64,000 bases of DNA from Octopus vulgaris (taxonomy: Eukaryota). Positions within the stretch are counted from its first letter, which is position 1; each line of letters starts with the position of its first letter. The stretch covers positions 24,428,001 to 24,492,000 of the forward strand of contig OX597826.1 of assembly GCA_951406725.2 (NCBI GenBank). The letters run 5' to 3'. The notes below the pieces were generated by a model that worked only from the letters and a program-made list of their open reading frames with translations, made no database searches and was not told the origin of the DNA. A program made the position numbers and the translations under genes. This document shows, in pieces, positions 12,368 to 25,351 of the stretch.

Positions 12368-14101
12368 CACTTTATTTCACGATGTTCCTGTTCACTCATC
12401 TGTAGAAATGATTTGCAACATCACTGGTGCCAAGCTGTATCGACCTTTGTCTTTCCCTTAGATAAGCATCGGTGGAACGGGAGGCTGGTATGCATGGGTA
12501 ATTGTTGGTCGTCCATGAACAACCTTGTCCAGACTTCTACCTTTGAGAGGAACTATCTAAGTGCAATCCCATGGCCATTCATGACTGAAGGGAATGTTAA
12601 CCCTTTTATACCTAATCTCTCTGTCTGTTCGTCCATCCATCCAACAAGCTTTTTTCAGTTTCTGTCTACCATATCCACTCAAAAACTTCTTGTCAGGACA
12701 AGGCATATAGTTGAAAGATATTTAGCAGTTCTTAGACCAGGAGATCTTCCCAAGATCTAGCCAAGATGCTCTATGACAAACAGTCCAAGTAACAACTCTA
12801 TATCGAATCGCTTGTGGCCTTGGTTGCCAATGATAGTGTTGTTCATCTTCCAGCAGGGTGGTTTTGCTTGTGTACTACTAGTGGCCTGACAGGAAATATT
12901 TTTAACAGAAAGAATATCACAATTGCCATATGAAATGTAAGAACACTGAAACTAATTGAAAATAAAATGACCTGCATACGAGATGGTGAAGCAGTGCCTC
13001 CAGCTCTGTAAAAATAAATGAAAGAACATAGGAGGAAAACAGACTGAAAAAAAAGACATGCATTTTAACAAAGTGGCGAACAGTTGTTCAAATGGTGTAG
13101 AGTTCTTTGTGAAGGAATCCATCAAGGGCATTGTGCAATGATGCTGATTAGTTTCAGCAGGGCTAAAAACCAGGTTTGTAGCATAAAAGTCTATAAAAAA
13201 ATTCTATAAACTGTTCAATATGTCATCAACAAAGAGAGAAAGATATATTGTACTGACATGGTGAGGAGGGATGCACAAATGACTGGGGAAGAAGGGAGGA
13301 ATTTTGTTGGCCCTTCACCACAAGTGAGAGGGAGCTACACCTACTGTTATAACAACTCAGTGTTGCTAAATTCCTTGATTTCGTACATGTACTTTGCATG
13401 CCCCAATAAATCTTACTGTGAGGGTGGTTTTTGTAATTCATACCATTACAAAAGTGTATCGAACCTGCTTCCTCTCACTCCATTTCTCCTCTGTGTTTTC
13501 CTGGAGTGGGTCATAAATGATGGCAGAACAGTTAACATGAGAAAGACAAACATCACAAACCTAAGATATGCTGACAACATTGATAGGATTGGCAGGAAGG
13601 AAGGACAGATTGGTCAACTTAGGTAGCCACTTTGATGCAAGCAAATTAGCATGTATTGTATTTATTGTTGTGTATGCAGGTACTTTGAAAATACCTCATG
13701 GAATGATGACCGTGTGCTGCTTAGTAACGGGCTGCTCTTTGACAAGGTACAGGATCTGTTGAGTCACCGTGCCAGCGACGAAGTGAAGTTAAGGGACTGT
13801 AGCATGGTGGATTATGAAGAGTTAACAGAAAAGCTCAGCTGAGCCAATGTTGCTTCTTACATTGAGGCTGAGTGAAGGAATCCCAGAAGATCGACAGTCA
13901 GAATCACCAAGTTCTATCAAGATAGTAACTGTAATGCATCCAGAGGGGTGACGTCCATGTAATTAGCCAATGAAAGATTCACTATGACTCAATCTCCCAA
14001 TTGAAATTCTTAATAATGGAATTGGATGGTGACAGAGAGTCATGGGAGTCTGCAAAAGCTGCATGACCAAAGAGAGTGTATATATTGTATGTATCACCTA
14101 T

Positions 14102-14107
<6 letters not shown>

Positions 14108-14141
<34 letters not shown>
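14108..14141. repeat. (TA)n microsatellite upstream of the conserved splice acceptor
   Basis: Equivalent runs at ~40373-40408 and ~53895-53926. It is short in the paralog at ~27256. Confidence 0.95.
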
Positions 14142-14145
<4 letters not shown>

Positions 14146-14189
14146 ATGTGCATGTGCTGTTGAATCTTTTCACTTTGGCAGTCTTTGAT

Positions 14190-14217
14190 TTCTTATATTC
14201 TTTCTCTTTTATTTCAG
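14190..14217 (+). promoter_or_regulatory. Putative splice acceptor of exon 2
   Basis: Polypyrimidine tract TTCTTATATTCTTTCTCTTTTATTTCAG|. Identical at 27342 (+), 40297 (-) and 53820 (-). Confidence 0.65.
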
Positions 14218-14225
14218 AATAACTG

Positions 14226-14342
14226 ATGATATTGGCAGAAAAGGAATTTTTATATCTGACATCTTCCTTATTCATCTTCTTTGATAGACTAAAGGAAGCT
14301 GTTATACAGAAGAGGTATAACCATGTTTATATAAATTGGTGA
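14226..14342 (+). other. 38-codon uORF (MILAEKEFLYLTSSLFIFFDRLKEAVIQKRYNHVYINW*)
   Basis: ATG lies 8 nt after the acceptor. The same ORF occurs at 27351-27467 (+), 40172-40288 (-) and 53695-53811 (-). Confidence 0.4.
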
Positions 14343-14841
14343 TGAATTATAGTGAAACGTTTCCTCTCTATGAGATTGTCATCAACATTTCTCACATTCA
14401 CTGCTTAATATATGTAGCAGATTAATTTCATTTGAAATAAGCTTGGATTAAATTACAAAGACACTTTCTGCACCTTCAGATATCAGCAAAGATAACAGTT
14501 GATGGAACAGACCAAATAGTTGTTATGAACAAGTTATAAAAAGAGAAATATGAAAAATATTCCTACATATATCTATATAGTGGTGAGAGCCAAAAATTAT
14601 GGTAAACTTAATCATATGAGAAAGTTTGAGAGTTGATTTTCTTTTTCTTCATCACTTTAGCAGCTAAATTTTGACTATTTTACAATCAAATGAATGAGAT
14701 TTGTTCTCTCATACCTATCCTGCAAGTCACTTTGAAAACAATCAGTTTACTGAAGTTTCAAACCTAAGAGATAATGCAGGTTTAATTCAAAACAACGTGA
14801 ATGGAAAAGAATTTCAAGTACCAGAGTAAAAGGTTAAGAAG

Positions 14842-16458
14842 ATGCCGAAAGATTTAGGAAAAACACCACATCAATGTGATATCTGTCAAAAATCTTTCTC
14901 TCAAAAACATAGCTTAACAACTCACAAATATATTCATACAGGAGAAAAACCATATCACTGTGATTCCTGTGGTAAATCATTCTCCGGCAAACCAAACTTA
15001 AATCGACACAAGCTTATTCATACAAAAGAGAAACAATATCAGTGTGATATCTGTGGTAAATCATTCCCTCACAATCATGGCTTGGCTAAGCATCATCAAA
15101 TTCATTCAAAAGAGATGACATTTCGATGTGATATCTGTGGTAAATCATTCTCTCGGAGTGATTACTTAGCAACACACAATCGCATTCATACAGGAGAGAA
15201 GCCTTATTGCTGTGATATCTGTGGTAAATCGTTCTCTCAGAATAATAGCTTAGCTATGCACAATCGCATTCATACAAGAGAGAAACCGTATTGCTGTGAT
15301 ATCTGTGGTAAATCGTTCTCTCAGAATCAGCACTTAACTAATCACAATCGCATTCATACGGGAGAGAAGCCATATTGGTGTGATATCTGTGGTAAATCAT
15401 TCTCTCGGAATGATCATTTAACTAAACACAATCGCATTCATACAGGAGAGAAACCATATTGCTGTGATATCTGTGGTAAATCATTCTCTCAAAATCACAG
15501 CTTAGCTAGACACTATCGCATTCATACAGGAGAGAAGCCATATCACTGTGATATCTGTGGTAAATCATTTTCTCAGAATGATCATTTAACTAAACACAAT
15601 CGCATTCATACAGGGGAGAAACCATATCACTGTGATATCTGTGGTAAATCATTCTCTCAGAATGATCACTTAGCTATGCACAATCGCATTCATACAGGGG
15701 AGAAACCATATCGCTGTGATATCTGTGGAAAATCATTCTCTCAGAATGATATCTTAGTTAAACACTGTCGCATTCATACAGGAGAGAAGCCATATTGTTG
15801 TGATATCTGTGGTAAATCATTCTCTCAGAAAAATAACTTAGTTGTGCACAGTCGCATTCATACAGGAGAGAAACCATATCGCTGTGATATCTGTGGAAAA
15901 TCATTCCCTCACAGTCATAGCTTGGCTAAGCATCATCACATTCATTCAAAAGAGATGACATTTCGATGTGATATCTGTGATAAATCCTTCTCTCGGAGTG
16001 ATTACTTAGTTATGCACAATCGCATTCATACAGGAGAGAAGCCATATTGCTGTGATATCTGTGGTAAATCCTTCTCTCGAAACGATCACTTAGCTATGCA
16101 CCATCACATTCATTCAAAAGAGAAGCCATATCACTGTGATATCTGTGGTAAATCATTCACTCGGAATGAACACTTAACTAAACACAAGTGCATTCATTCA
16201 AAAGAGAAGCCATATTGTTGTGATATCTGTGGTAAATCCTTCTCTCGGAGTGATTACTTAGCTATTCACAATCGCATTCATACAGGAGAGAAGCCGTACC
16301 ATTGTGATATCTGTGGTAAATCATTCTCTCAGAATAATAGCTTAGCTATGCACAATCGCATTCATACTGGAGAGAAACCTTATTGCTGTGATATCTGTGG
16401 TAAATCATTCTCTCGGAGTGATTATTTAGTGAAACACATGCACGTTCATACGGGATAG
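14842..16458 (+). CDS. C2H2 zinc-finger protein, 19 tandem fingers (ZNF-1)
   Basis: 538-aa ORF of CDICGKSF.....L..H.RIH repeats joined by TGEKPY linkers, with only ~10 aa before finger 1. Confidence 0.95.
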   Translation: MPKDLGKTPHQCDICQKSFSQKHSLTTHKYIHTGEKPYHCDSCGKSFSGKPNLNRHKLIHTKEKQYQCDICGKSFPHNHGLAKHHQIHSKEMTFRCDICGKSFSRSDYLATHNRIHTGEKPYCCDICGKSFSQNNSLAMHNRIHTREKPYCCDICGKSFSQNQHLTNHNRIHTGEKPYWCDICGKSFSRNDHLTKHNRIHTGEKPYCCDICGKSFSQNHSLARHYRIHTGEKPYHCDICGKSFSQNDHLTKHNRIHTGEKPYHCDICGKSFSQNDHLAMHNRIHTGEKPYRCDICGKSFSQNDILVKHCRIHTGEKPYCCDICGKSFSQKNNLVVHSRIHTGEKPYRCDICGKSFPHSHSLAKHHHIHSKEMTFRCDICDKSFSRSDYLVMHNRIHTGEKPYCCDICGKSFSRNDHLAMHHHIHSKEKPYHCDICGKSFTRNEHLTKHKCIHSKEKPYCCDICGKSFSRSDYLAIHNRIHTGEKPYHCDICGKSFSQNNSLAMHNRIHTGEKPYCCDICGKSFSRSDYLVKHMHVHTG

Positions 16459-16574
16459 AAAACATCACAGGCATAGATTTAAGAAGTTAGAAACTTGAAA
16501 TTCTTTTGCAATATATTAGTCTCTTTGCACAGATAATGAAGTGGAATTAGTTGAGAAAGTTCACTAATTATGCA

Positions 16575-16850
16575 CACATGTGTTAAGAATTTTGGTTTCC
16601 TACCACATTCTTCTGGGTTTTGTGTGACATTTTGGGCAAGTGTCTTCTATTACAACCCCAGGTGACCAAAGATTACTGAGTGGATTTAGTTGGTAGAGAC
16701 TGAAAGAAGCCTATATTGTATGTGTGTTTATCCTCAACCACAACTTGAAACAATAAGACGTGAGGTCAATTTGTTCGGCTAAAACCCTTCAATGCAGGGC
16801 CCCAGCATGGCTGCAGTCCACTGACTGCAACAAGTAAAAGATAAAAGGTA
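16575..16850 (+). mobile_element. Degenerate SINE
   Basis: GGCAAGTGTCTTCTA...CTGAAAGAAGCC...CCCAGCATGGCTGCAGTC...CAAGTAAAAGA. Similar to 47142-47462. Confidence 0.55.
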
Positions 16851-16911
16851 CAATTGGTTTTTTTTGTAAACTACTTTTCAATGTAGCCTGCTGTTTTTGT
16901 TGTGCTCTTTG

Positions 16912-17600
16912 TAGAAAATTACCACATTCTAAAAATTAGTCTTGGGGTCAATTTGTTTGACTAAAACCTTTCAATGCAAGGCCTCAGCATGGCTGCAGTC
17001 CATTGTCTGAGACAAGTAAAAGATTAAAAGGTACAATTCTTTTTTTGTGAAATACTATTCCTATGTTAATCTCACAGTCATGCATGTTAGACCAAAAAAA
17101 AAAAAAAAGCATTGTGAAGAAAAATTACATGTATGAACTTGTGTTGCAAAATCCCTAATGTGAAACTGTGTGTTGAAACAGATATTGTTGTATTTTGGGA
17201 TAGTCTTTTTTTTGTGTATATGGGGCAAAAAAACCCCACACAACATCCTGAAGAAAAGGCAAAGTCAGAAACCTCTTCAGATTTCCTTTTCAATATATAG
17301 CCTGCTGTTTTTGTTGTGCTCTTTGTAGGTTATGGATTTCTTTTTCTGTCATTCTGTAACACAAATATTTCCTCATGGATGGGGTACTGGTCCATCAAGA
17401 CTACTCATTTTTGCTGAGTGGACTGGAGGAATGTGAAATGAAGCGTTTTGCTCAAGAACACACATCGCTTGGTTCAGGGATCAAAACCACAATCTTGTAA
17501 TTATGAGTCCAACTCCCTAACCACTAGGTCATGTGCCTCCACACATTTCACTTGGAACTGGATGGTGCTCTGGGCCGGTGGGTTCCCAGGGCTCCATTGT
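16912..17600 (+). repeat. 3' flank tract near-identical to 30752-31440
   Basis: Direct comparison; the ORF-track peptides at 17448 and 31285 are identical over ~52 aa. Confidence 0.9.
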
Positions 17601-17674
17601 GTGCGTCTTTGCATCAGTTCACTTGGATAGCTGTGTTCCTCATTGATGGACTGGCCAAGGTCTTCTACTATAGT

Positions 17675-18050
17675 CTGTTCATTTGCTTTTATCAATGTAT
17701 TGCTTTAAGTTTTTCCCTTCCTCATTAACTGATCATTTCTAGTATTTGAAAATTGGATTATTGCAACTAATGTTTCTGACTGTAGCATTTACACTGAACA
17801 AGAATAACCAAAATCATGTGTGTTTGTGTGAACATAAATTCTATATTGTAAAGATGAATGTAAGAAGAAAGAAAAAAACAAATGGTAGTGTATGTTTTTT
17901 TATTTCTCATCAATAGTAGTTATAAAATTTAAAAAGAACAAAATATCAATGAGGGTTATTTTGTAGAATACAACTATGATACATAAATTCCATGAATTAG
18001 AAAATATTTAAGAATAGGTTATTTTAGAAAATATACAGAAAAAATATATT
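17675..18050 (+). repeat. Shared convergence block, also the 3' flank of the minus-strand genes
   Basis: Matches 32535-32880, 37131-37370 and 47815-47945 plus 50696-50935 in the same orientation. Confidence 0.9.
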
Positions 18051-19399
18051 TAAAGCTTAATACTAATAATGATTTTTTTTTATAAAGACATGAAGCCTGA
18101 GAGGTTTTTAGAGGATATTTCATGGGAAGCTGTGAAGTTTTTGCCTTCTTTTTTCATAAAGCTTTTGACTTGGGGAGAATAGAAATTGTTCCAGCCAGGA
18201 ATCAAATGACTCAAACTCAGTTTTCCAGAAAATGATTCTATATCTGTGAAATTTGCCATCTTAATATTTATTCCTTTCAACTTAGCTGAAGGCCACATAT
18301 TTATAGACGAAGAGAGTGTCGTGGTGTATTAGACTTTTCTAGATTCTTCATTTGAGTGTAGGCATGTATATATAACGATAAATATCAAAGAAGGGAGTAA
18401 GCAAATCATTTTAATACTTTATTTACAATTGTTTCATCATCATTCAATATTGCCAACCATACATAATGCTGTAATCATTCCAGAAACTATTAATTTTCAT
18501 GTACTATGAAGGATTTCTTTTATAATCTAAATAGCAGATGTTGGTTCAATTGGCATATATTGTTTTAGAAAATTCTGAGGAATCGTGTTATGAATGTTAA
18601 TCAATATTTGCCAGAATGGTTACAGCATTACACGATTAAAAGGAAGTCGACTGCGTCAGAGAAAAGTAGTTCCACTGCAGATTTATTAGACCATGGCCAT
18701 GCTAGGGCACCGCTTTGAAGGGTTTATGTGAATAAATCGACCTCAGTACTTATTTTATTTTAATAAATAAGAGGCACATACATATAGAAAAACTACTGAG
18801 ATGAGGGATATTTATACACCTTATCCTAATCAGCTAACTGAAATAAAATGCTGAAATATACAAGATAATTTTACTTGGTGACAATCAAAAGACCCTCTAC
18901 TTGCTTGCTGGGGAAGTTTGACAGGCTGCAATTTACCCATGGTCTTGTTCCGGGTTGAAGTTTCAAGCAATATGCCCTATCTGCCTGCACTCATAGCAAA
19001 TGAGTTCAGCCTTTGTCTCCAAGCAGTCTCTTTCCATGAGATGGCATCAAAAATAAGGATCAGTAGTAATACCATTAGACCTTTTTGTGGCAACGGAGAT
19101 GTGATTACCTGGATCTATAAGATGAATAATGGCTGCAAAGCATTGAGGATTTAGCAGGTGTCATGGCTCTGTATCTGGAGGGAATACTTTAATGCTCTCA
19201 CAAAGACATGGATGTGTAGAACTATTTCATCTTGGTGGAACAATATCTATGTATGTGTGATTTGGTTAGCACATCTGTCGTTTGACCCACGCATAAATAC
19301 ACACAGCCATAAATACACACATTTTTCATGCAGGAGGATATTATTTCTTCTCCTTTGAGAGATCAGGCATTCCTAGCTGCTGTATCTGATTTTCTTCTT

Positions 19400-22300
19400 A
19401 TTCAAGTGTTGTACTATCCTTCCATCATGGATAACAACTTGCCAGATTTTACCGGTGATGTTTGTGTATGGTCTGCCCAGATGAAGTTGCATTTTGTGGG
19501 TAATAAGATATGCTCAGAGGAACAACAGCTCAAGTTTTACTCAATGCTATCCCACCTTCTTTAACGTCAACACTTAAGGATCTTATTACTGACCCACCAT
19601 CAGATGCCACTTATTACAGTGTTAGGACAGAGACTTTGAGATGGACTTCTCTATTAGCAGAGGAAAGGTTTCACACATAAATGAACAATGAACATCCTGC
19701 TGATCATATGCCTTCACAGCTATTGAGACAAATGAAGGAACGAGCCGAAAATACACCAGCAGATAATGTAATGATCAAACAACGCTTTTCCTCCAGACTG
19801 CAACCTAATGTTCAGACCTTTTTGGTGCCTATGACGGAAACCATTTCAGCAAATCAACTAGCTTTTTCTGCTGAAAAAATCATGGATTATACTTGCAATC
19901 CTGCCACACCTATTCCGTTGGGAGCATCAGCAAACCCTTCTTCTTCCTTTCTGCCTGTTGCTTTGTTGTCGTCGGATCAGGAGTCCACTTCGGCGGCTAT
20001 GTTAAAGGCATTATTGGATCTTACTAGGGAAGTGCAACTCTTTCATGTCTCACAGACTCAGTCTTCTCGAGATCGGTAATGGAATCATTCGTTTCCACCA
20101 TGTCATCGTCGTTCTGTTGGCATCACAGACATTTAGGTACTTTCACATGACAACATGACAGTGTATACAGCCTTGTTCCTTTTCTAATCAGGGAAACTCT
20201 CCTCTGGGGAATTGTGCACGTTACCTTGCCCCATCAGCACACACTCAAAATTACGCATTCTTGGCCACAGATTTGTCTTTATGTGAATGCTGCCTGATTG
20301 ACAGACGTGCAGCTTGTAGTATTTGGTCCTTGAAGCTGCTAAAGGATAAACCTCTGATTTCACCAATTTCTCTGCAAGCTGTCAATCATTCTGCTATCCC
20401 TATTTATGGCCAAATCTCTCACTGTCTGGATCTGTACTTGCATTGGGAGTTTAGCTGGATTTTTATCATTGCAGATTAGACATATCCTATCTTAGATGCT
20501 GATTCTTTGCATCAATACAGTCTTCTCGTGGACATACATGCACATCGATTATGTGATGAGTCCATGGACTTTTCCATTCCTGGTCGTTGATCATCAACCC
20601 TGTCGACCAGTCCAGTTTCCTTTCTTGCTGCTTTCAGAATTAACCAATTTGTAGTGAGCAGTCCTACTCAATCTGCAAAGCGTTTTATCAGAACAAAGGG
20701 TACTCCTGTCATTTCTTGCGTTGACTACCTGTGGAGAAGTTGAAAGGTGGAATTCAAACATAAGCTAAAGTTTGGCATCCTCTGCTTGTATACCAGCCCA
20801 TGGACCTCCTCATTACATATGTTTCCCAAGTGTTCAAGTGACTATTGTCCTTCTGGAGACTATCATTGAACGATTTCAATTACTGTACCGGAACATTATC
20901 TGATTTCACACATTTAAGACTTTGCTTTTTCCCTTCACGTATGTACCGTCTTTCCAAAATTGGACCTGATCAAAAACTTACCACTAAATCCCAGTGGATC
21001 CTGACGATATACCAAAAACTGCAATAACTTCTCCTTTTGGCGCATTCAAATTTTTAACCATGCCATTTGGATTATGCAATACTGCTAATACCTTCCACCA
21101 TTACATTGACAAAGTTGTGTGTGATTTTGAATTGTATATGCCTATATTGAAAGCAATCTTATTGTGAGCACTTTTCCTGAGGATCATGTTACCCATTTGC
21201 ACCTACTGTTTGCACGCTTTAAGCACTATCGAGTTTATGTTAATCCAGTAAAGTGTGTTTTTGATGCGTCCTCACCTGTCTATCTGGAGCACGACATCAG
21301 CACAGACAAAATATCACTACTTCCAGATAAAATGAAAGCCCTTCATGATCTTTCTACATGCACTTCCTTATGGCAGTTATGACATTTTATCAGTATTTTT
21401 GATAATTTTATTTCACATTGTGCAGAGCTCTCATTACCACTGACCAATCTGTGGAATAGGAACAAAAATGAACGTATTTCCTTTAGTGCACTACAACTGG
21501 AAGCATTTAACAAATGTGATACAAGAAGTAGCTAATGTATCTCTTTTTGCACACCCTATGTATGATGTCTAGCTTTCGCTAGTCATGGACACATCAGACA
21601 CAGCTTTCAGTGCAGTTTTGCAACAACATCACCACCAACAATTATCTCTTGCCTTTTTCTCTCGGCAGCTTAACCCTGCTGAGACATGCTATAACATATT
21701 AGGCTGTGAACTACAGGCAAATACTTGCATCAGGAAACTCATCACCTCAATTTTGTTTTGCAATTTACCAATGATATTCTTCATATATCTGATGCACAGA
21801 ATGCAGTGGCAGTTGCTCTCTCTAAACTTCGTGAATATTCTCTGTCATCAATTTCAGATATCAACCTCCATCTTTCTGTGGATGAGCTTGCCCTCGATCT
21901 TGCTTAACCTGAATTTGCAACATATAAATCTATGCATTTGCCTGTGCCTAATTCTGAGATACAACTATTTTGTGACATCTGAACGGATATACTACATCCT
22001 CTTGTTCCAGATACTCACCGTTGAACTATTTTCCACACTCTGCAGTCTCTCGCATCCTTCAACTTCAGCCACAGTGAACCTCATTTCGGCTAGATTCTTC
22101 TGGCCGAATATGAGACAAGATATCACTGCTTGGTCATGTTCTTGCCTTTCCTGCAAGGAATCATAGGTGCATTAGCACCACGTCCATATTGAACTAGTTG
22201 GACCGTGGCCAGTCAGTCAATGCTTTATATATCTCATGTGCATCAACTGCTTTAACATTGGCCTGAAGCCATTCCTCTATGTGATATTACAGCAGAATCG

Positions 22301-23127
22301 GTTTCACGAACTCTGGTATTGGGTTGGATATCATGCTACGGTGTTCCTACCATGCTAACCACTAACCGTGGTAGGCAGTTTGAATCCCAACTCTTCCATG
22401 AGCTTTCAAAAATTCTAGGAGTGTTGCACATTCAGACTACAAGTTACCATCCAGCTTCAAATGGTATGTTGGACCATTTCTATCGTAAATTGAAGGCTAC
22501 ACTTTGTGCTTATCCTGATCTACATCGATGGAGCGAATATCTACCCACTGTTCTTCTGAGTTGTCCTTCAGCTGTCAAGGAGGGTCTTGGAATCTCTGCA
22601 ATGGAGCTGCTTAATGGAGTACCATTATACTTGCCGGGTCAGATGCCAGCCCCAGTGGACTTATCCTCCCAAGATCCTACTCTATATGTTAACAAACTAC
22701 AGTCGCATTTCTCCAGTCTTCCAACAATGACCTCTTGGCAATAGACTGTTACAGCTTTGGTCTCAAAGGACATTCCTTCATGGACCCATGTATTTCTTTG
22801 CAATGACTCTGTGAGAAGTCCTCTCACACCACCATACACAGGACCTTACCGCATCCTTTCCAACTCAAATTATCCTTTCACCCTAGGCATTAATGGGAGA
22901 AATGAAACTGTATCAATTGACAGGGTAAAACGGGCTTTTATGGGTGATCTTACACTGGATCCACATACGCCCCTGCATACACTGCACAGCATGAACTAAA
23001 TGCTGCACCATCACATTCATCACAAACACAATGGCACATATCCCCTCACACCCTCACCGACATTTGACCACAACTTGTAGTGGTCAACAAGTGCACTGGC
23101 CCAGTAAATTATCCAAGGACATTTACA
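19400..23127 (+). mobile_element. Ty3/Gypsy relic (gag-PR-RT-RH-IN, heavily degraded), copy 2
   Basis: gag (LPDFTGDVCVW, PSQLLRQMKE), RT (HLHLLFARF...VNPVKCVF), RNase H (DTSDTAFSAVLQQ...LAFFSRQL) and integrase (GRQFES...TTSYHPASNGM). Many stops and frameshifts. Confidence 0.9.
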
Positions 23128-24440
23128 GTGGTAGAGACTGCTTAGCAGCTGGTGTTTTAAGAGCCAAGAAGCACAGATGGCAGGGGACTGTGCGGAGACA
23201 AAGCCTGATATCATTTGATACGGGTGCAGGCAGACAGGGCATATCGCTCGAAACTGCAGCCAGGGAAAAGGCCATGGGGAAATCGCAGCATCTCAAACTT
23301 CCCCTGCGATCAAGTAGAAGCTCTTTTGACAGTCACCAGTCAAAATTGACACCGAGTAGAATTGTTATGTTGTTACAGGATAGTTACAAGGACGATGTAT
23401 ATTTGTACATTTTGTTTCGGTTAGCTAATTAGAATAATGTGTATAAATATTGCTTATCTTTGTAGTTTTTCTATGTATGTATTTATGTGTGGGTGGGTGG
23501 GCGTGCGTGCGAGTGTCTCCACTCCACCACTTAATAACCTGTGTTTGTTCTTTTATGTCCCTGTGTCTTGACGGTTCGGCAAAAAGCGACCGATAGAATA
23601 ATATGCCTCCTACTTATTAAAATAAAATAAATACTGAGGTCGATTTATTCGCCTGAACCCTTTAACGCAGTGCCCAAGTCAGACCACGGTCCAATAAATC
23701 TGTAGTAGATATACTTTCCACTGGCATAGTCGTCTTCTATCTATGCATGATGTGGGCAGTGCGCGGCCAAGCGTATTGCCTCGCGCACAGATGCACGATT
23801 CGCCATCTCTACAAAAGAAAAAACAAGGGCACGCCTGTTGACCGTCATTCAGCAGAAGGCCCGCGACGCCATAATCTTCAGCGAACACATCTTGATATTT
23901 CACACCAGCCTTCGTACCATCGGCTTCTGCTTGTTCGTTTTTCTTACAACCTCAGTACTGCAAACCTCTTATCTATCTGTGCAATTGTCTGTTTCTATGT
24001 CTTCCCTCTGATTCTACATATCTACGCTCACTTTCAGCAATCCCAACTAAATTACTTTGCCTTAAAAAGTATGCTTTCTGACATATATGCATACACTTAT
24101 ATTCACGTTATATTGGGACATTGTTACATACCAACACGCGCAACCAGCCCATTACAACATTGAAACTACTACATTTGGAACCAGTAACATTGGTAGCTTA
24201 CCATTAAATTGATGACCACCAACTAAAAAATCCCTCGAGATACATTAAAATATTAAAAATAGAGTTACTTCCCCCTGAACAGCTTTCTGTTAAAATTCCT
24301 CGCAAAAAAATTTCCTGTTATTGAATTTGCATTTACTTCGTCGGAACTATTTTGCAGCTGACACTTAGGACATCATATTGACTGTAAATAATTGCGAATT
24401 TACTTGATGTCAACGTTTGATGTAAAAAAAAAAAAAACAG

Positions 24441-24597
24441 GGTGATCCTTCGGTATAAGTACACACGTGACTTTGTTTTCATTTCTGAATATAACAGAAA
24501 CCCTTTTCTCTCAACCCTAACAGAAACCCTACCCCCCTTCCTTATATAAAAAAACACTTTCTTGAAATGTATCCGGTACTTATACCGAAGTTACGCC
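24441..24597. mobile_element. MITE (GG...CC termini, 8-bp TSD)
   Basis: GGTGATCCTTCGGTATAAGTAC ... GTACTTATACCGAAGTTACGCC, with TSD AAAAACAG at 24433-24440 and 24598-24605. Confidence 0.85.
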
Positions 24598-25212
24598 AAA
24601 AACAGTCTAAATTAAGTACCGTCTCTTTCAATTATATTGTGCCGTCTTCCTCATCGGTTGTATATTAATATAAGCATCTGTGTAGTATACGTGCTACATT
24701 TACATACATCTAGTTGTTTTATTATTATTATTTTTTTTGTGAGCAGTAGAAATAAAAGGAAACTGAAAAGAAAGATATCTCACAAAATAACGATTTTGAT
24801 TTTATAATTTCACTGTTTGCTTTTTTCTTTTTTGAATACTTTATTTCAGCTTTCGTTGTTCCCAGTATTAAGGGCTGTGGAATAACAATCGAGGGAAAAG
24901 CTCTACAGTATTTCGTCCTGCTCTTTATGTCCGAAATTTAAATCTCGTTGTTTTTCATCTCTCTGCGGTCAGCTTCGCCTTTCATCCATCGGAGAATGAT
25001 AAAATAAACTGTCTAGCCTCAGCCACTAAAATTGCTGTGTTTGTACCTAAACTGGAAACAATTATTTCCTATCGACAGAAAGACAGGAAAAAAGCGCAAA
25101 TTTCTTTCTATTATCGAAACAGGACCAAGTTTCATTTTTTTTATTTTGGTGGAAGAGAGATTTAGCGGAAGAGAAAACGAGAGACTGCGCAGGAGAACTG
25201 GAAGTGGGCTGA

Positions 25213-25351
25213 TGACGTCTTCCTGCCTCTTTTTATCTCGTTCCTCTCGAAATCGTGCGAAGGGGATTCGTAGTGTGGGAATCAGCCAAGGGAAGACCTG
25301 GTGACAACTGAGTCATTTGATCGCGGTCCCTGATTGCAATTGGAGGTAAGG
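25213..25351 (+). promoter_or_regulatory. Putative promoter (CRE-like) and exon 1 of ZNF-2
   Basis: TGACGTCT at 25213-25220; donor GAG|GTAAGG at 25346. Confidence 0.55.

Noticed and set aside
13258-13842. Short ORFs (63-122 aa) repeated almost identically at 40674-41129 and 54193-54648
   Set aside because: The identity reflects the homogenised DNA tract. NLRYADNID is a decayed LINE RT scrap inside the putative intron, not a gene.
14500-14841. Hidden N-terminal effector domain (KRAB/SCAN/ZAD) upstream of the fingers
   Set aside because: The region is stop-rich with indels between paralogs and shows no recognisable domain. A distant spliced coding exon cannot be excluded without RNA data.
14842-16458. 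Regular 84-bp repeats with a constant part and a variable part, superficially like a CRISPR array
   Set aside because: They are in-frame C2H2 finger codons in an animal genome, and there are no cas genes.
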